From Octopus sinensis (taxonomy: Eukaryota): a stretch of DNA of 49,618 nucleotides. The stretch lies in the NCBI RefSeq assembly GCF_006345805.1, contig NW_021834351.1:1-49618 (forward strand), written 5' to 3'. A program made the translations under genes and the position numbers. This document shows positions 1 through 11,039 of the stretch, in pieces (position 1 is the first letter of the stretch; the number at the start of each line of letters is the position of its first letter). A model generated the notes under the pieces. It searched no databases. It saw nothing but the letters and a program-made list of their open reading frames with translations, and had not been told where the DNA came from.

Positions 1-662
1 TTAAAGATAACACTGGGTGCAATGATTCCTTCAGATTCTTGGTATTTAAAGTTTATACCTGAGAATTTGTCGGTCACAGGCATTTGGATTTTCTTATTGA
101 TTTCATCCTGTTTTATGGCTGGAAAAGCTTCACGTCATGGTTCAAGAACAAAGCTAAGTATTTTTGTATTATGAGTTCTTCTATTCTTTGAGGAGTCTTT
201 GGAGGTTAATTCTAGAAAAGAATTTGATAAAAGAATTGGCTCGCTCTTGGCGAATGGCTACGATACTTAATTGTTATTGTGAAGTATGGCGTGGTTTGGC
301 CGTTGTTAAAGTTGTTGACACTGCTAATTACTTTGTGTAGTGATTTATTGCAAATTTTATGGTTTTATGTTGAATATATATTTACCTAAAGTTCTGATAT
401 TTCTTTGTTATTTCATCGTTTAATTGCTTGATCTTGAGTAAATTTCTGGTTGTGTGTGTTATTTATGTGTTGTTTGAGGTTGTCTAGTTTTTATCTAATT
501 AGTTGTTTTAGTTGCATAATCAGGGATGTATTTTATGGTGTCTTGTCTAACACATACATACATACAACATAAATATAAATATATATATATATATATATAT
601 GTGTGTTATATATATATATATGTATGTATGTATATGTATATATGTATATATAGATGTACATA

Positions 663-739
<77 letters not shown>

Positions 740-744
740 TGTAT

Positions 745-780
<36 letters not shown>

Positions 781-1150
781 ATATATATATATACGCACAC
801 ACACATACACAAACACACATGATTTGCCTAATCTACAGTTTTGTTTTGAATTTATTTTCTACGCAGTATCGATGTTGGTGATTGCTATGTTGTGGAATTC
901 TGCAAATCTTAATTTACCTGTAAAGGCGGCTCCACCAGGCATTTTTGATGTCTCTGATATATCTTTCTTCTTTGTTTACTTCATACGAAGTGCGTTGTTA
1001 TGTCCACAGAGACAAGAATTCGGAGAAGAGTCAAGAATTTTTGCCACATGGTTGGGGCCGTTTGGTGTGTAGATGTCTGGAATGTACTTCTTGCAATTAC
1101 CTTGGTGATGGGAATCCGTGTCTTAGTACGGGTTATTTAGAACATAACTG
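1..1150 (-). pseudogene. Possible highly decayed APE-type non-LTR retrotransposon ORF2 fragment, interrupted by a (TA)n tract
   Basis: Manual minus-strand translation gives DIYTPNGPN...LCGHNNA near 1080-995, resembling the APE motifs NIYAPN and GDFNA. It also gives MPVTDKFSG...KNLKESLHPVL near 90-10, resembling PGPDGF...L.P.L upstream of RT. Many stops and frameshifts. Confidence 0.3.
571..818. repeat. (TA)n / (CA)n microsatellite
   Basis: Directly visible dinucleotide tract. Confidence 0.95.
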
Positions 1151-1559
1151 GAATTTAGCTCTGTGGTCATTATGTCACCTCATGTTTTATCTGTAGTGTT
1201 TGCATACAAGAATGTATAATGTGCATTTATATTCTCTGAAATGATGGTGAATGGGACAATTACTCTTGAGGGACATATACTAGTTTAATGGTTCTAACCG
1301 GATGCCGATGGCCATACGGATGTACCATCATAATATATTTATTATATTAATGTGTTTCGCTGTCTTTCATTTCTTTAAGTCTATTTCTTGCGTGTTATTG
1401 TTTTCCCTAATTGAGGTTGATTGTCATCTGCGGTAACTATGTAAGGTTATATATCAGCTACAAAGCATTTGCCCTCTGCTACCTTACTGGAAAACAACTT
1501 GCATGAGATATACTGTGCCAGGGATGTGACGTTATTTAATATATTACAACAATGAGTAA

Positions 1560-2150
1560 GGCGGTGAGCTGGCAGAATCGTTAGCGCGCCGGGCGAAATG
1601 CTTAGCGGTATTTCGTCTGCCGTTATGTTCTGAGTTCAAATTCTGCTGAGGTCGACTTTGCCTTTCATCCTTTCGGGGTCGATAAATTAAGTACCAGCTA
1701 CGCACTGGGGTCGATGTAATCGACTTTAATCCGTTTGTTTGTCCTTGTTTGTCCTCTCTGTGTTTAGCTCCTTGTGGGTAGTAAAGAAATAGGTATTTCA
1801 TCTATCGTTACGTTCTGAGTTCAAATTCCACCGAAGTCGACTTTGCCTTTCATCCTTTCGGGGTCGATAAATTAAGTACCACTTGTGTACTGGGGCCAAT
1901 CTAATCGACTGCCCCCCTTCCCTCAAATTTCCCTCCTTGTGCCTAGGGTAGAAAGGAATCGCTAGCACGCCGGTCAAATGTTTAGCGCTATTTCGTCTGC
2001 TTTTTACTTTCTGAGATCTAATTCCGCCGAGGTCACTTTGCCTTTCCTCCTTTAGAGGTCGAAAAATAAGTACCAGTCGATCACTGGGGATGATGCAATC
2101 AACTTATCTTCTTCCTCGAAGTTACTGGCCTTGTGCCAAAATTGGAAATC
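1560..2150 (+). mobile_element. tRNA-derived SINE family A, three tandem units (about 1560-1790, 1792-1955, 1956-2150) with different 3' tails
   Basis: A-box-like TGGCAGAATCG and B-box GAGTTCAAATTC. The central GTCGACTTTGCCTTTCATCCTTTCGGGGTCGATAAATTAAGTACC recurs three times (third copy diverged). Unit 1 is near-identical to 17481-17705. Confidence 0.85.
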
Positions 2151-2164
2151 AAAGTAAAGGTCGT

Positions 2165-2620
2165 GTAAATGATGAAATCTTTTAATGCCTAAAAGACTGT
2201 TCATATTTTTGTATTAAGTTTCAGTGGTATACATTTTCAAATTAAGTGCTTTGTGAAGTGCTTGGAGTTTTCATATTTGGTTGAAGTTTTCAAAGCTGCG
2301 GACCTGAGAAAAGAAATATTGGAAATATTTTCAGTTTCTTCGTAATTTTCTTTTTTGCTGAGAGTTTGCCTTTCTTTATTTATAATTTTGAGCCTTACGT
2401 TGTCTGTAAATTATCCATGTGAGATTTTGCTGGCTGTCACAATTAGTTTTACCACGAATTTAGTTTGCATCATGCTGGTCTTCTTTATTCGTTCGGTATC
2501 TTCCATCAGGTGACGTTGAAACGCGTTGCTTACCGTATTTCTCTACGCTGAAGTTTCGTTGTTGAACTTGGATTTCAACCGTTTATGTAAGGTGACGCCT
2601 GAGGGAAACACAGTATCTCA
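2165..2620 (-). pseudogene. Possible decayed Penelope-like RT N-terminal fragment
   Basis: Minus-strand peptide NAFQRHLMEDTERIKKTS resembles the FQ..L..D...IK region preceding some PLE RTs. Weak and fragmented. Confidence 0.25.
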
Positions 2621-2631
2621 TACAAACAGAA

Positions 2632-2797
2632 GGCACTGAACTGATAGAATCGTTAGCACACCGGAAAAAAAATCGCATAACAGCATTTCGTTCGTCTTTA
2701 CGTCCTGAGTTCAAATTCCACCGAGATCGACTTTAACATTTGCCCTTTTCGGGGTCGATGAAATGAGTACCAGATAAGCACAATAGTAGAAAGAATA
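2632..2797 (+). mobile_element. SINE family A, diverged copy
   Basis: GAATCGTTAGCAC...GAGTTCAAATTCC...GGGGTCGATGAAATGAGTACCAG matches 1560-1700. Confidence 0.8.
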
Positions 2798-2825
2798 TTT
2801 CAGGAAAACTGAGCAGGTATATATG

Positions 2826-2943
2826 TTTTTTTTACTTGTTTCAGCCATTTGACTGCGACCATGCTGCAGTCGAAAAAATCGACCCCAGGACTTTTTTTAA
2901 GGCCTAGTACTTATTCTACCGGTCTCTTTTGCTGAACCGATAT
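2826..2943 (-). mobile_element. SINE family B, 3' fragment
   Basis: Matches the TTACTTGTTTCAG...GACCCCAGGAC...CTAGTACTTATTCTA segment of the copies at 5632 and 46751. Truncated at the inverted repeat starting at 2944. Confidence 0.8.
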
Positions 2944-3309
2944 GTTCTATTAATTATACCCATCTATCATACCATTAATTAAATACATACAATAAAATAT
3001 TATACGTTTTTTTTTACATACTCTTATCCTTTATATATATACATTATATATATATATATATATATATCTATATTATATTATATATATATTATATATAATA
3101 TATATATATATACACGCTTTACTCATTACTTGTTTGAGTCATGACTGTGCCATGCTAGAGCACCGGCTTTAGTCGAGCAAATCGACCCCAGGACTTATTC
3201 TTTGTAAGCCTAGTACTTATTCTATCGGACTCTTTTGCCGAACTGCTAAGTTACGGGGACGTAAATGTACCAGCATCAGTTGTCATGCGATGCTGGGGGA
3301 CAAACATAT

Positions 3310-3340
<31 letters not shown>

Positions 3341-3510
3341 CATATTTACGACGGACTTCTTTCAGTTTCCATCTACCAAATCCACTCACAAGGCTTTGGT
3401 CAGCCCGAGGCTATAGTAGAGGACACATGCCCAAGGTGTCACGCAGTGGGACTAAATCTGGAACTATGTTGTCCTTAAGCGAGCTACTTACCACACAGCC
3501 ACACCTACGC

Positions 3511-3550
<40 letters not shown>

Positions 3551-3860
3551 ATATTATATATATTTAACACAAATAAATATATGCATCTATATATGTATGT
3601 AAACTGCATATTTGTTTGTATGTGTGTGTGTGTGCGTTTAGGTATGTATGTATACTCATAAACACACATACATACGGATATATACGTGGATGTGTGTGTG
3701 CATGTGTGTGTCTGTGTGTTATACATTATATATATATATATGTATATATATATATACTTAATGTATATATATAAAGGATAAGAGTATGTCAAAAAAGCGT
3801 ATAATATTTTATTGTATATATTTAATTGATGGTATGATAGATGGGTATAATTAACAGAAC
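2944..3860. repeat. About 100-bp inverted repeat pair (2944-3046 and 3759-3860) enclosing microsatellites and a SINE
   Basis: GTTCTATTAATTATACCCATCTATCATACC...CTCTTATCCTTTATATATATACATTA is the near-exact reverse complement of 3759-3860. Confidence 0.9.
3118..3512 (-). mobile_element. tRNA-derived SINE family B (CORE-SINE-like), full length, with an internal (CA)/(TA) tract
   Basis: Minus strand begins AGGCGTAGGTGTGGCTGTGTGGTAAG (A box), followed by a B-box-like GATTTAGTCCC and ACCTTGGGCA (CORE-like). Colinear with 5632-6040 and 46751-47184. Confidence 0.9.
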
Positions 3861-4054
3861 GATCAAAAGAAATCTTACTAGATGTATTTCTGCTATACTA
3901 AGAATAGCTAATCTTGATCTTCCTCTCATTAACACAAATTAGTCTAAAATAGGAGAATCAAGACGAAAATAGTTTTATGATCCATATATAAAAGTGATGT
4001 AGGACAAAACGATGAAAGACGAAGCAAGTATACGAGAATTTTCTTTAAATATAA

Positions 4055-5469
4055 TTTATTTCAGAAACTGTTCACTCTCCCGCTTTATTTGTCCAAGTTT
4101 CCTTGTTCCAGCAATAATTTCCTGTTGAGCAATTCCAACAAACATAGTCTCAATTTAGATCCCCTGAACAGCTTCGACGTTAATGTATTGTCATAACAAG
4201 TGAACAATATCTTGTATAGATTTGACCGCTATAAACTTTAACCAGATCAGCTGGAAATATTTTCCACTATTGGAAATATTCAAATAACCTTTATTTAAAC
4301 AGCGTAACAAATAAATATATATGAATATTAGAACAGCAACTTTAACCAGTTGCATAGTCGAAGGAACAGAAATATACACGGAAAATCATAAGAATAGGAA
4401 TCCTCTAAACCGCCGCCAAATATCGCGTTTAATCTTGCTTTCTGGTGTTTATTGAAGCCAAGAGATATAACGTATACTTCACTGAACACAGTATATGGAT
4501 TTACAAGGAGGAGAGAAGATAATTTTAGAAATATTGATGGTTCATGGTCATCAGTGGAATTGATAAAACTGTCTGTAGCCAGCACAGCAGCTATGACCAT
4601 TGCAAGTAGCATCGAGTAGAATAACTGACACCGATAACGATTTTATGATAGATATTACCCAATTCTGTCTGTAATGATTCGAAGACTGTCCTCCATCTGT
4701 GGTTATGGTAATTCAAATGACGTGAGATCTGGACGAACTGAATCAACTCCCCACTTTCAAAGCTGCTGGCTAATTTGCTTAAGCTGGTTGTTAATTAGTC
4801 CGAAGTCATCGTTAACCTATAGTTAAATGGGACTCCAACCGTAGTCGCTCCGTGTAGCTGTGTATATTTTGTATGTCTAAGACTACTTTGTTCAATTCAA
4901 TTCAATTCAATTCTTATTGGCTCAAAAGCAAAAGCAAGGACATGTAGGGGGACAGGGAGTTATGTACAGGGAGGGTGGTCATACAAAGAGTTCAGACCAT
5001 TTCTGGTCAAGAGAAACTTTGAACCGAGCGGTGGTCGGCATCTTCACTATCTCGTCTGGCAGCTTATTCCACGGATCCAAAACGGACGGACGGAGAGAGA
5101 AAGCCCTCTCCTTCGACTGAGATGAAATCGTCGTAGATAGGCTTTTCGGAGTGACCTCGCAGCCCACGCTCTGGAGCAGGAGTGAAGAACAGCTCTTTCG
5201 AGAGGTTACACTTTCCGCTTATGATGTTGTGAGTGAGAATGAGATCACCACGGCGTCGTCGTTTTTCGAGAGAATAAAGGTCGAGCGCCTTCAGCCTTTC
5301 TTCAATGCAACCTTACATATTTATATGTCAAGAAGTGTGATTTCGAGGGGATTTTTGCTATTGCGCAGAGGTCCTATGTTTGTTGGAATTGCTCAACAGG
5401 TAATTATTGCTGGAACAAGGAAACTTAGGCAAATAAAGATGGCGGGGATGGAACATTTTCTGAAATAAA
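4055..5469. mobile_element. Inverted-repeat-bounded element (MITE/foldback-like), arms about 4055-4168 and 5342-5469, containing a CR1 insertion
   Basis: AAGTTTCCTTGTTCCAGCAATAATT(T)CCTGTTGAGCAATTCCAACAAACATAG is the reverse complement of 5374-5426. Similarity extends to TTTATTTCAGAAA / TTTCTGAAATAAA at the outer ends. Confidence 0.6.
4891..5305 (-). mobile_element. CR1-clade LINE, 5'-truncated 3' fragment with a (GAATT)n tail
   Basis: Minus-strand peptides EERLKALDLYSLEKRRRRGDLILTHNII...GLRGH and WNKLPDEIVKMPTTARFKVSLD are typical CR1 ORF2 C-terminal motifs. Short 3' UTR, then (TTCAA)4 on the plus strand. Confidence 0.9.
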
Positions 5470-5631
5470 ATGACTCGACATGATGTCATTGCTATTGAAA
5501 GACCCACAACTGTCTTAGCTTCACAATTTGCTTTTCATAATTATCTCACACGAGATTAGTCAAAAACAGTTTTGCATATTCAAGTCGTAGAGATAAATTT
5601 CTCGGTGAGATATTTGTCCAATCTGGTATAC

Positions 5632-6040
5632 TCTCTCTCTTTTACTCTTTTACTTGTTTCAGTCATTTGACTGCGGCCATGCTGGAGCACCGCCTTTAGT
5701 CGAGCAAATCTACCCCGGACTTATCTTTGTAAGCCCAGTACTTATTCTATCGTCTCTTTGCCGAACCGCTAGGTGACAGGGAGTAAACACACCAGCATCG
5801 GTTGTCAAGCAATGCTAGGGGGACAAACACAGACACCAAAACATATACACACACACACTTATATATATACATATATACGACAGGCTTCTTTCAGTTTCCG
5901 TCTACCAAATCCTCTCACAAGGCATTGCGTCGGCCGGGGCTATAGCAGAGACACTTGCCCAAGATGCCACGCAGTGGGACTGAACCCGGAACCATGTGGT
6001 TGGTTAGCAAGCTACTTACCACACAGCTACTCCTGCGCCT
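5632..6040 (-). mobile_element. SINE family B, full length
   Basis: Colinear with 3118-3512 and 46751-47184. B box GGTTCAGTCCC on the minus strand. Confidence 0.9.
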
Positions 6041-6496
6041 GATATTGATTTTGCTTTACGGATATATCTTTTGTTCCCGAAGAAAATGTTTACGTAATTC
6101 TTTATCATTAGCTTAGCTTTATATAAATTTGTGGTGTTTTGCCGATGAGGGCTTCTCGAAAAATTTTTTCTCGCTTATGAATATAAACTTGAACATTTGA
6201 TTACGTTAAAAAATGGCTGTCAACATAGAATTATTTAAGGAAAAAAAATAATAGCTTCAGGTATGGGATTGAGAATATTATACGAAGATAGATCTTATGG
6301 AATAGTTTTTACTGGTTACTCTAATAATAATAATAGATGTAACACGTCTAACTACACTTGTTAAAAATTTATGTAAACTAAGCGAAATTGTTTAATAAAA
6401 CACACACACACAATAAAATAATGACACAGTGATATATACATACATACATACACATATATATGTACATAGGTACATATATATGTGTATGTATGTATA

Positions 6497-6622
6497 TATC
6501 ACCGTGTCACCGTGACCGACCAGGCTATTAGACGTTGCTGCACATCGCTGGTCACAATGCGCTTAGCATTGTTTTAGCCTTCAAATGACGCCACCCCGCT
6601 GGCTAAGCGAGCAGGCCAATGT
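6497..6622. repeat. Unclassified interspersed repeat of about 125 bp, copy 1
   Basis: TATCACCGTGTCACC...CTGGCTAAGCGAGCAGGCCAATGT recurs at 8482-8608 with few differences. Confidence 0.85.
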
Positions 6623-7644
6623 ATTTTAAGAGTAGTACTCCTGAAAATATCTTTTTCTGATCATCGTTAAATAAACTGGGAAGTCAATACTGGTTCAATC
6701 ATATAAGAAATTACAAACTCCTGAATTTACTTTATTGAATCCAATAGTCAATCACAGTTTGATATTGAATTTGTGTCATTTATGAATCAGTTGAATATTT
6801 ATACCATTGTTCAAAGTGGCAATCGATCGAGTTATCTTGTAAGAAGCGTGGTGCAACTGCATCCATAAATCATCTCTTAAAATTAGTTTGGTAAACATTT
6901 CCTCTTTTATTTCCTTGTTTTAACGTAATTTTTTTCCTGTCTGGTCGGTGCTCATCCGTTTAGATATGATTTTATCAAAGTATTGATCCTTCAGTTTATT
7001 TAGCAAAGATCAGCAAAAAAAAAAAAAAAAAAAAAAAATGATATTTTCAGAAACAATACTAAAATACTACTTAGATAATACCATTTCTTAGATAAGAAAA
7101 TGCTTGTAGATTTGTCAGAAATTTGAAGAGCGTTTGCTGAATCAGAGGAAGAAAAATGTTTGTAAATAAAAAGATATTGATAATTGAATAAAGAACGATG
7201 AAAAGATATTTCAGATGATACATACCCTCTTCTTCCAGAAAATAAAAAAATAAATGCTTTATTGTTGTCATTATCTTATCCTGCGCATTTGTGTATGATG
7301 AAAAATTCCTTTTCTTGACTTGTCTTGATCAGAGATATTCATTAAAGGGTCAACGGTTTTATTGACTACAAGGAATGAGTGAATGCTGGTTTGCCACGTT
7401 AAGGCTTCTTTCAAGGTCGTTTGCAGTGTAACGTAAAAACATAATCGCTATTATGGCATTTCGCTACGAACAATTATAGATTATTGTTGATAACGGTGAT
7501 ATAAACTTTCAAATTATTCCCAAAGTCACTGTTATTTTGCACGTCATTGCAACTCCCCTTTCCCGTCTATTTTGTTTTACATGAGATCCCTAGATATTAA
7601 CTAGGAAAGGTGAAAGATATTTCATTGTCAAAACTATCATTAAT

Positions 7645-7666
7645 ACTGTATCTACATACATGCATA

Positions 7667-7715
<49 letters not shown>

Positions 7716-7928
7716 GTGTGTGTGTGTGTGTGTATAGATATGGATATATATATGTACGTATGTATATATATTTGTGTGTGTATATATGTAGTATATAATA
7801 TACATATAGTGGTTTTTCTCTAAATATATATATTATATATATATATATATGTGTGTGGTGTGTGTCTATATATGTATATAAATATATGGGTATATGTATG
7901 TACGTATGTGTATATATTATATAATATA

Positions 7929-7960
<32 letters not shown>

Positions 7961-7992
7961 ATATATTATATATATATATATATATATACATA
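7645..7992. repeat. (TA)n/(TG)n compound microsatellite
   Basis: Directly visible. Confidence 0.9.
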
Positions 7993-8357
7993 TTCTAACG
8001 CCAGCTCAAAAATTTACTCGTCCTGTCGAAAGACGCCTGTCTGTGACGTCCGTTTTTTGTTATTATTATTATCGTATTGTTTTTACGTATTTTTGTATTC
8101 TTATTCGTGTAACATCGTCCGGTTTTCCGTCCTTGTTTTGTATAAATTCGAGGCTTTCTTCCAAGGAATCTAATGTGCTTGGCTTAGATTTTCCTTTGGA
8201 GCTCGCCAGGTCGGAGCAATCTCAAGATTAATCAGCCGAAATTGCGAAGATGATCCGGTTCTTGACTGAAGACGAAGGCTTCAATGTTCCGTCCGTGTTT
8301 TTTGTATCGTCTTCTAAATGTTTTACGTTCTTGTCCCAGTTTGTATTTTTTTACATT

Positions 8358-8431
<74 letters not shown>

Positions 8432-8481
8432 CGTGTATGTATGTATTGTATGTAGATATATATATATATATATATATATGT

Positions 8482-8604
8482 ATATCACCGTGTCACCTTG
8501 ACCCACCAGGCTATCAGATGTTGCTACACATCGCTGGTCACAATGCGCTTAGCATTGTTTTAGCCTTTAAATGACGCCACCTTGCTGGCTAAGTGAGCAG
8601 GCCA

Positions 8605-8608
<4 letters not shown>
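8482..8608. repeat. Unclassified interspersed repeat of about 125 bp, copy 2, embedded in (TA)n
   Basis: Direct copy of 6497-6622. Confidence 0.85.
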
Positions 8609-8635
<27 letters not shown>

Positions 8636-8779
8636 CATGCGTACACTCCCACACATGCACATATGCACAGAAACTCGTATAGCCTATATTTAACTCATAC
8701 ACTTGCTAATAGGTAGCTTCTGATTGCTGACTACCGCTTTATACTTCGTCAAGTGTGCACTTTTGCACACAAAAAGAAA

Positions 8780-9081
8780 TATAACATGTGACTTCATTGA
8801 CCGATGTTACCGTGGTCTTTTCCGTAGGCTTTTCTTTCCACGGGTAAACCTCACCTGTCCTCCCCTTTACACTTCATATTGACATTTCTGTGATAACGAT
8901 CCTTATTGATCAATTCCCCCACCTTTTTTAAATGTTATCCCCCCCTTTTTTGTCCTCTTTCTTTCCTTTTACGATCCCTTTTGATCGAAAACCAAACCCC
9001 CTTTTTTTACCCGCAATAGAAAAGGTGTACCATGTAATTTGTCCTGTCTGTGTGCAGCCCTGTGTGGCTAATAAAGAAACA

Positions 9082-9082
<1 letters not shown>
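8780..9082 (+). mobile_element. Probable LINE 3' UTR fragment ending in AATAAAGAAAC plus (TCTA)n, copy 1
   Basis: Pyrimidine-rich 3' UTR-like sequence. The last ~130 bp are repeated at 9405-9570, and both copies end in a polyA-signal-like motif followed by TCTA. Confidence 0.5.
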
Positions 9083-9121
<39 letters not shown>

Positions 9122-9126
9122 ATCTT

Positions 9127-9177
<51 letters not shown>

Positions 9178-9265
9178 ATCTATCTATCTAGTCTATCTAT
9201 CTATCATATATCTATCTATTATCTATCTTCTATCTATCTATCTTTCGACTATCTATCTATCTATA

Positions 9266-9296
<31 letters not shown>

Positions 9297-9395
9297 GATC
9301 TATCTATCTATCTATCTATACTATCTATCTATCTATCTATCTATCTATATCTATTTATCTATCTATCTATCTATATCTATCTTTCTGTCTATCTA
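9083..9395. repeat. (TCTA)n microsatellite
   Basis: Directly visible. Confidence 0.95.
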
Positions 9396-9404
9396 TTTTT
9401 TTTG

Positions 9405-9570
9405 TTCTTTTCTTCCCTTTTACGATCCCTCTTGATCGAAAACCTACGCCACTCCCTTTTTTTTGTTTCTTTTGTTTTTTGTTTTTTTTTCATCCCCCAA
9501 AAGAAAAGCTCTACCTTGTAACTTGTCCCATCTGTATGCAGCCCTGTGTGGCCAATAAAGAAACTTATCT
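9405..9570 (+). mobile_element. Same LINE-like 3' end, copy 2
   Basis: TTTACGATCCC...GATCGAAAACC...TGCAGCCCTGTGTGGC(C/T)AATAAAGAAAC is shared with 8955-9082. Confidence 0.55.
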
Positions 9571-9817
9571 ACCGACCTCTCTCACTGTCTCTGTACACAA
9601 ACACACACACCACACACACACAACACATGTACGTATTTTATTTAATAATAATTTGATCAGCTTCATGCAAGTTGAATATATGTATGCATGCATATGGATA
9701 CGTACATATGCAAATATGTATATATGTAAACGTGCGCGTATGTGTATATATGTGTTTGATATTTGCAAGATATGAAAAGCTGCACATTCTAAGACACACA
9801 AAATTAAAGGACATATA

Positions 9818-11039
9818 CAGGGGTTGGATAAAATTAAGGAAACACCTAGCACCATAGCGTCAAAATGTTCAAATATCTATAAAACCGCCAAAAGCTTGTT
9901 TATTTTTATGTTTTTTTATTTATGTTTAGTGTTGCTTAATATGTTTTGCTAAAATTGCTGTTTCTTTTTAGATATCATCAGAAAAAGGTAAATAAAATTC
10001 ATTAAAATTACGGATCTATCGGACTTTCAAGGAGGTCAAATTGTTGGTGCTCGTATGGCAGGCGCTAGCGTAACGAAAACAGCCGATATGTTTGGTGTAT
10101 GAAGAAGTGCTGTCTCGAAAGTAATGACAGCCTTTGAGAAAGTGGGGAAACCTCCTCGTCGAAACAAAACTCCGGAAGAAAACCAAAACTTTCAGAAAGG
10201 ATCACAACATTACAGCTCCCAAAATTACTGCAGAGCTTAATGACCACCTCGAAAACCCAGTTTCCACAAAAACCTGTTCGCCGGGAGCTGCAAAAAGGGA
10301 AACCACTACTTTCAGAAAACCACTACTTTGTTGAAAAGCGTTTAGAATGGAGTAAAAACCTACGGAATTGGTCGCTAGAGCAGTGGAAGAATGTTATTTT
10401 CTCGGACGGTTCATTCTTTACCTTATTTCCGAACACCGGCCGAGTATACGTGTGGAGACAGCCAAAAGAAGCATTTGACCCAGAGTGCCTTCTTCCAACT
10501 GTTAAACATGGAAGAGAATCTGTGATCACCCGGGGTGGGGTGGGGGCTGTATCTTGGAGATCCACTGGCCCAATGGTTTCCTTTCATGGCAGAATTAATA
10601 GTCAAGACTAAGCATTTTATGTGATCAAATTCATGCTATGGTTGCGAAACTGTTTCCGGGAGAGATATGCAATCTTTCAGGATGATAATGCACCAATTTA
10701 CACAGCTAAAGTTGTTACTGAATGGCACGAGGAACATTGAAGTTGAACATCTTATCTTCTGGCCACTACAGCCCCCAGATCTCAATATTATTGAACATTT
10801 AAGGTGCATGTTAGAAAGACAAGTAAGGAATCAATATCCTCCACCATCATCACTACAAGAACTGGAGACTGTTTTAGCTGAAGAATGGACAAAAATTCCT
10901 TTGGAAACAATTCAAACTTTGTACGAGTCAATACCTCATAGAATTCAAGGTGCAATTACTGCCAAAGGCGGTCCTAACTCATGTTAAAATAAATTTGTTT
11001 GAAATTTAAAGGTGTTTCCTTTATTTTGCCCAACCCCTA
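9818..11039 (+). mobile_element. Tc1-family DNA transposon, decayed, about 1.22 kb
   Basis: About 30-bp TIRs CAGGGGTTGGATAAAATTAAGGAAACACCT and AGGTGTTTCCTTTATTTTGCCCAACCCCTA, flanked by TA dinucleotides. Confidence 0.93.
10007..10987 (+). pseudogene. Tc1 DDE transposase pseudogene
   Basis: N-terminal HTH DLSDFQGGQIVGARMAGASVTKTA, plus catalytic motifs WKNVIFSDGS, FQDDNAPI and PDLNIIEHL. Lost ATG, stops and frameshifts. Confidence 0.92.

Noticed and set aside
4328-4612. 94-aa minus-strand ORF with a signal-peptide-like start
   Set aside because: No recognisable domain, non-ATG start, and it lies inside an inverted-repeat-bounded element.
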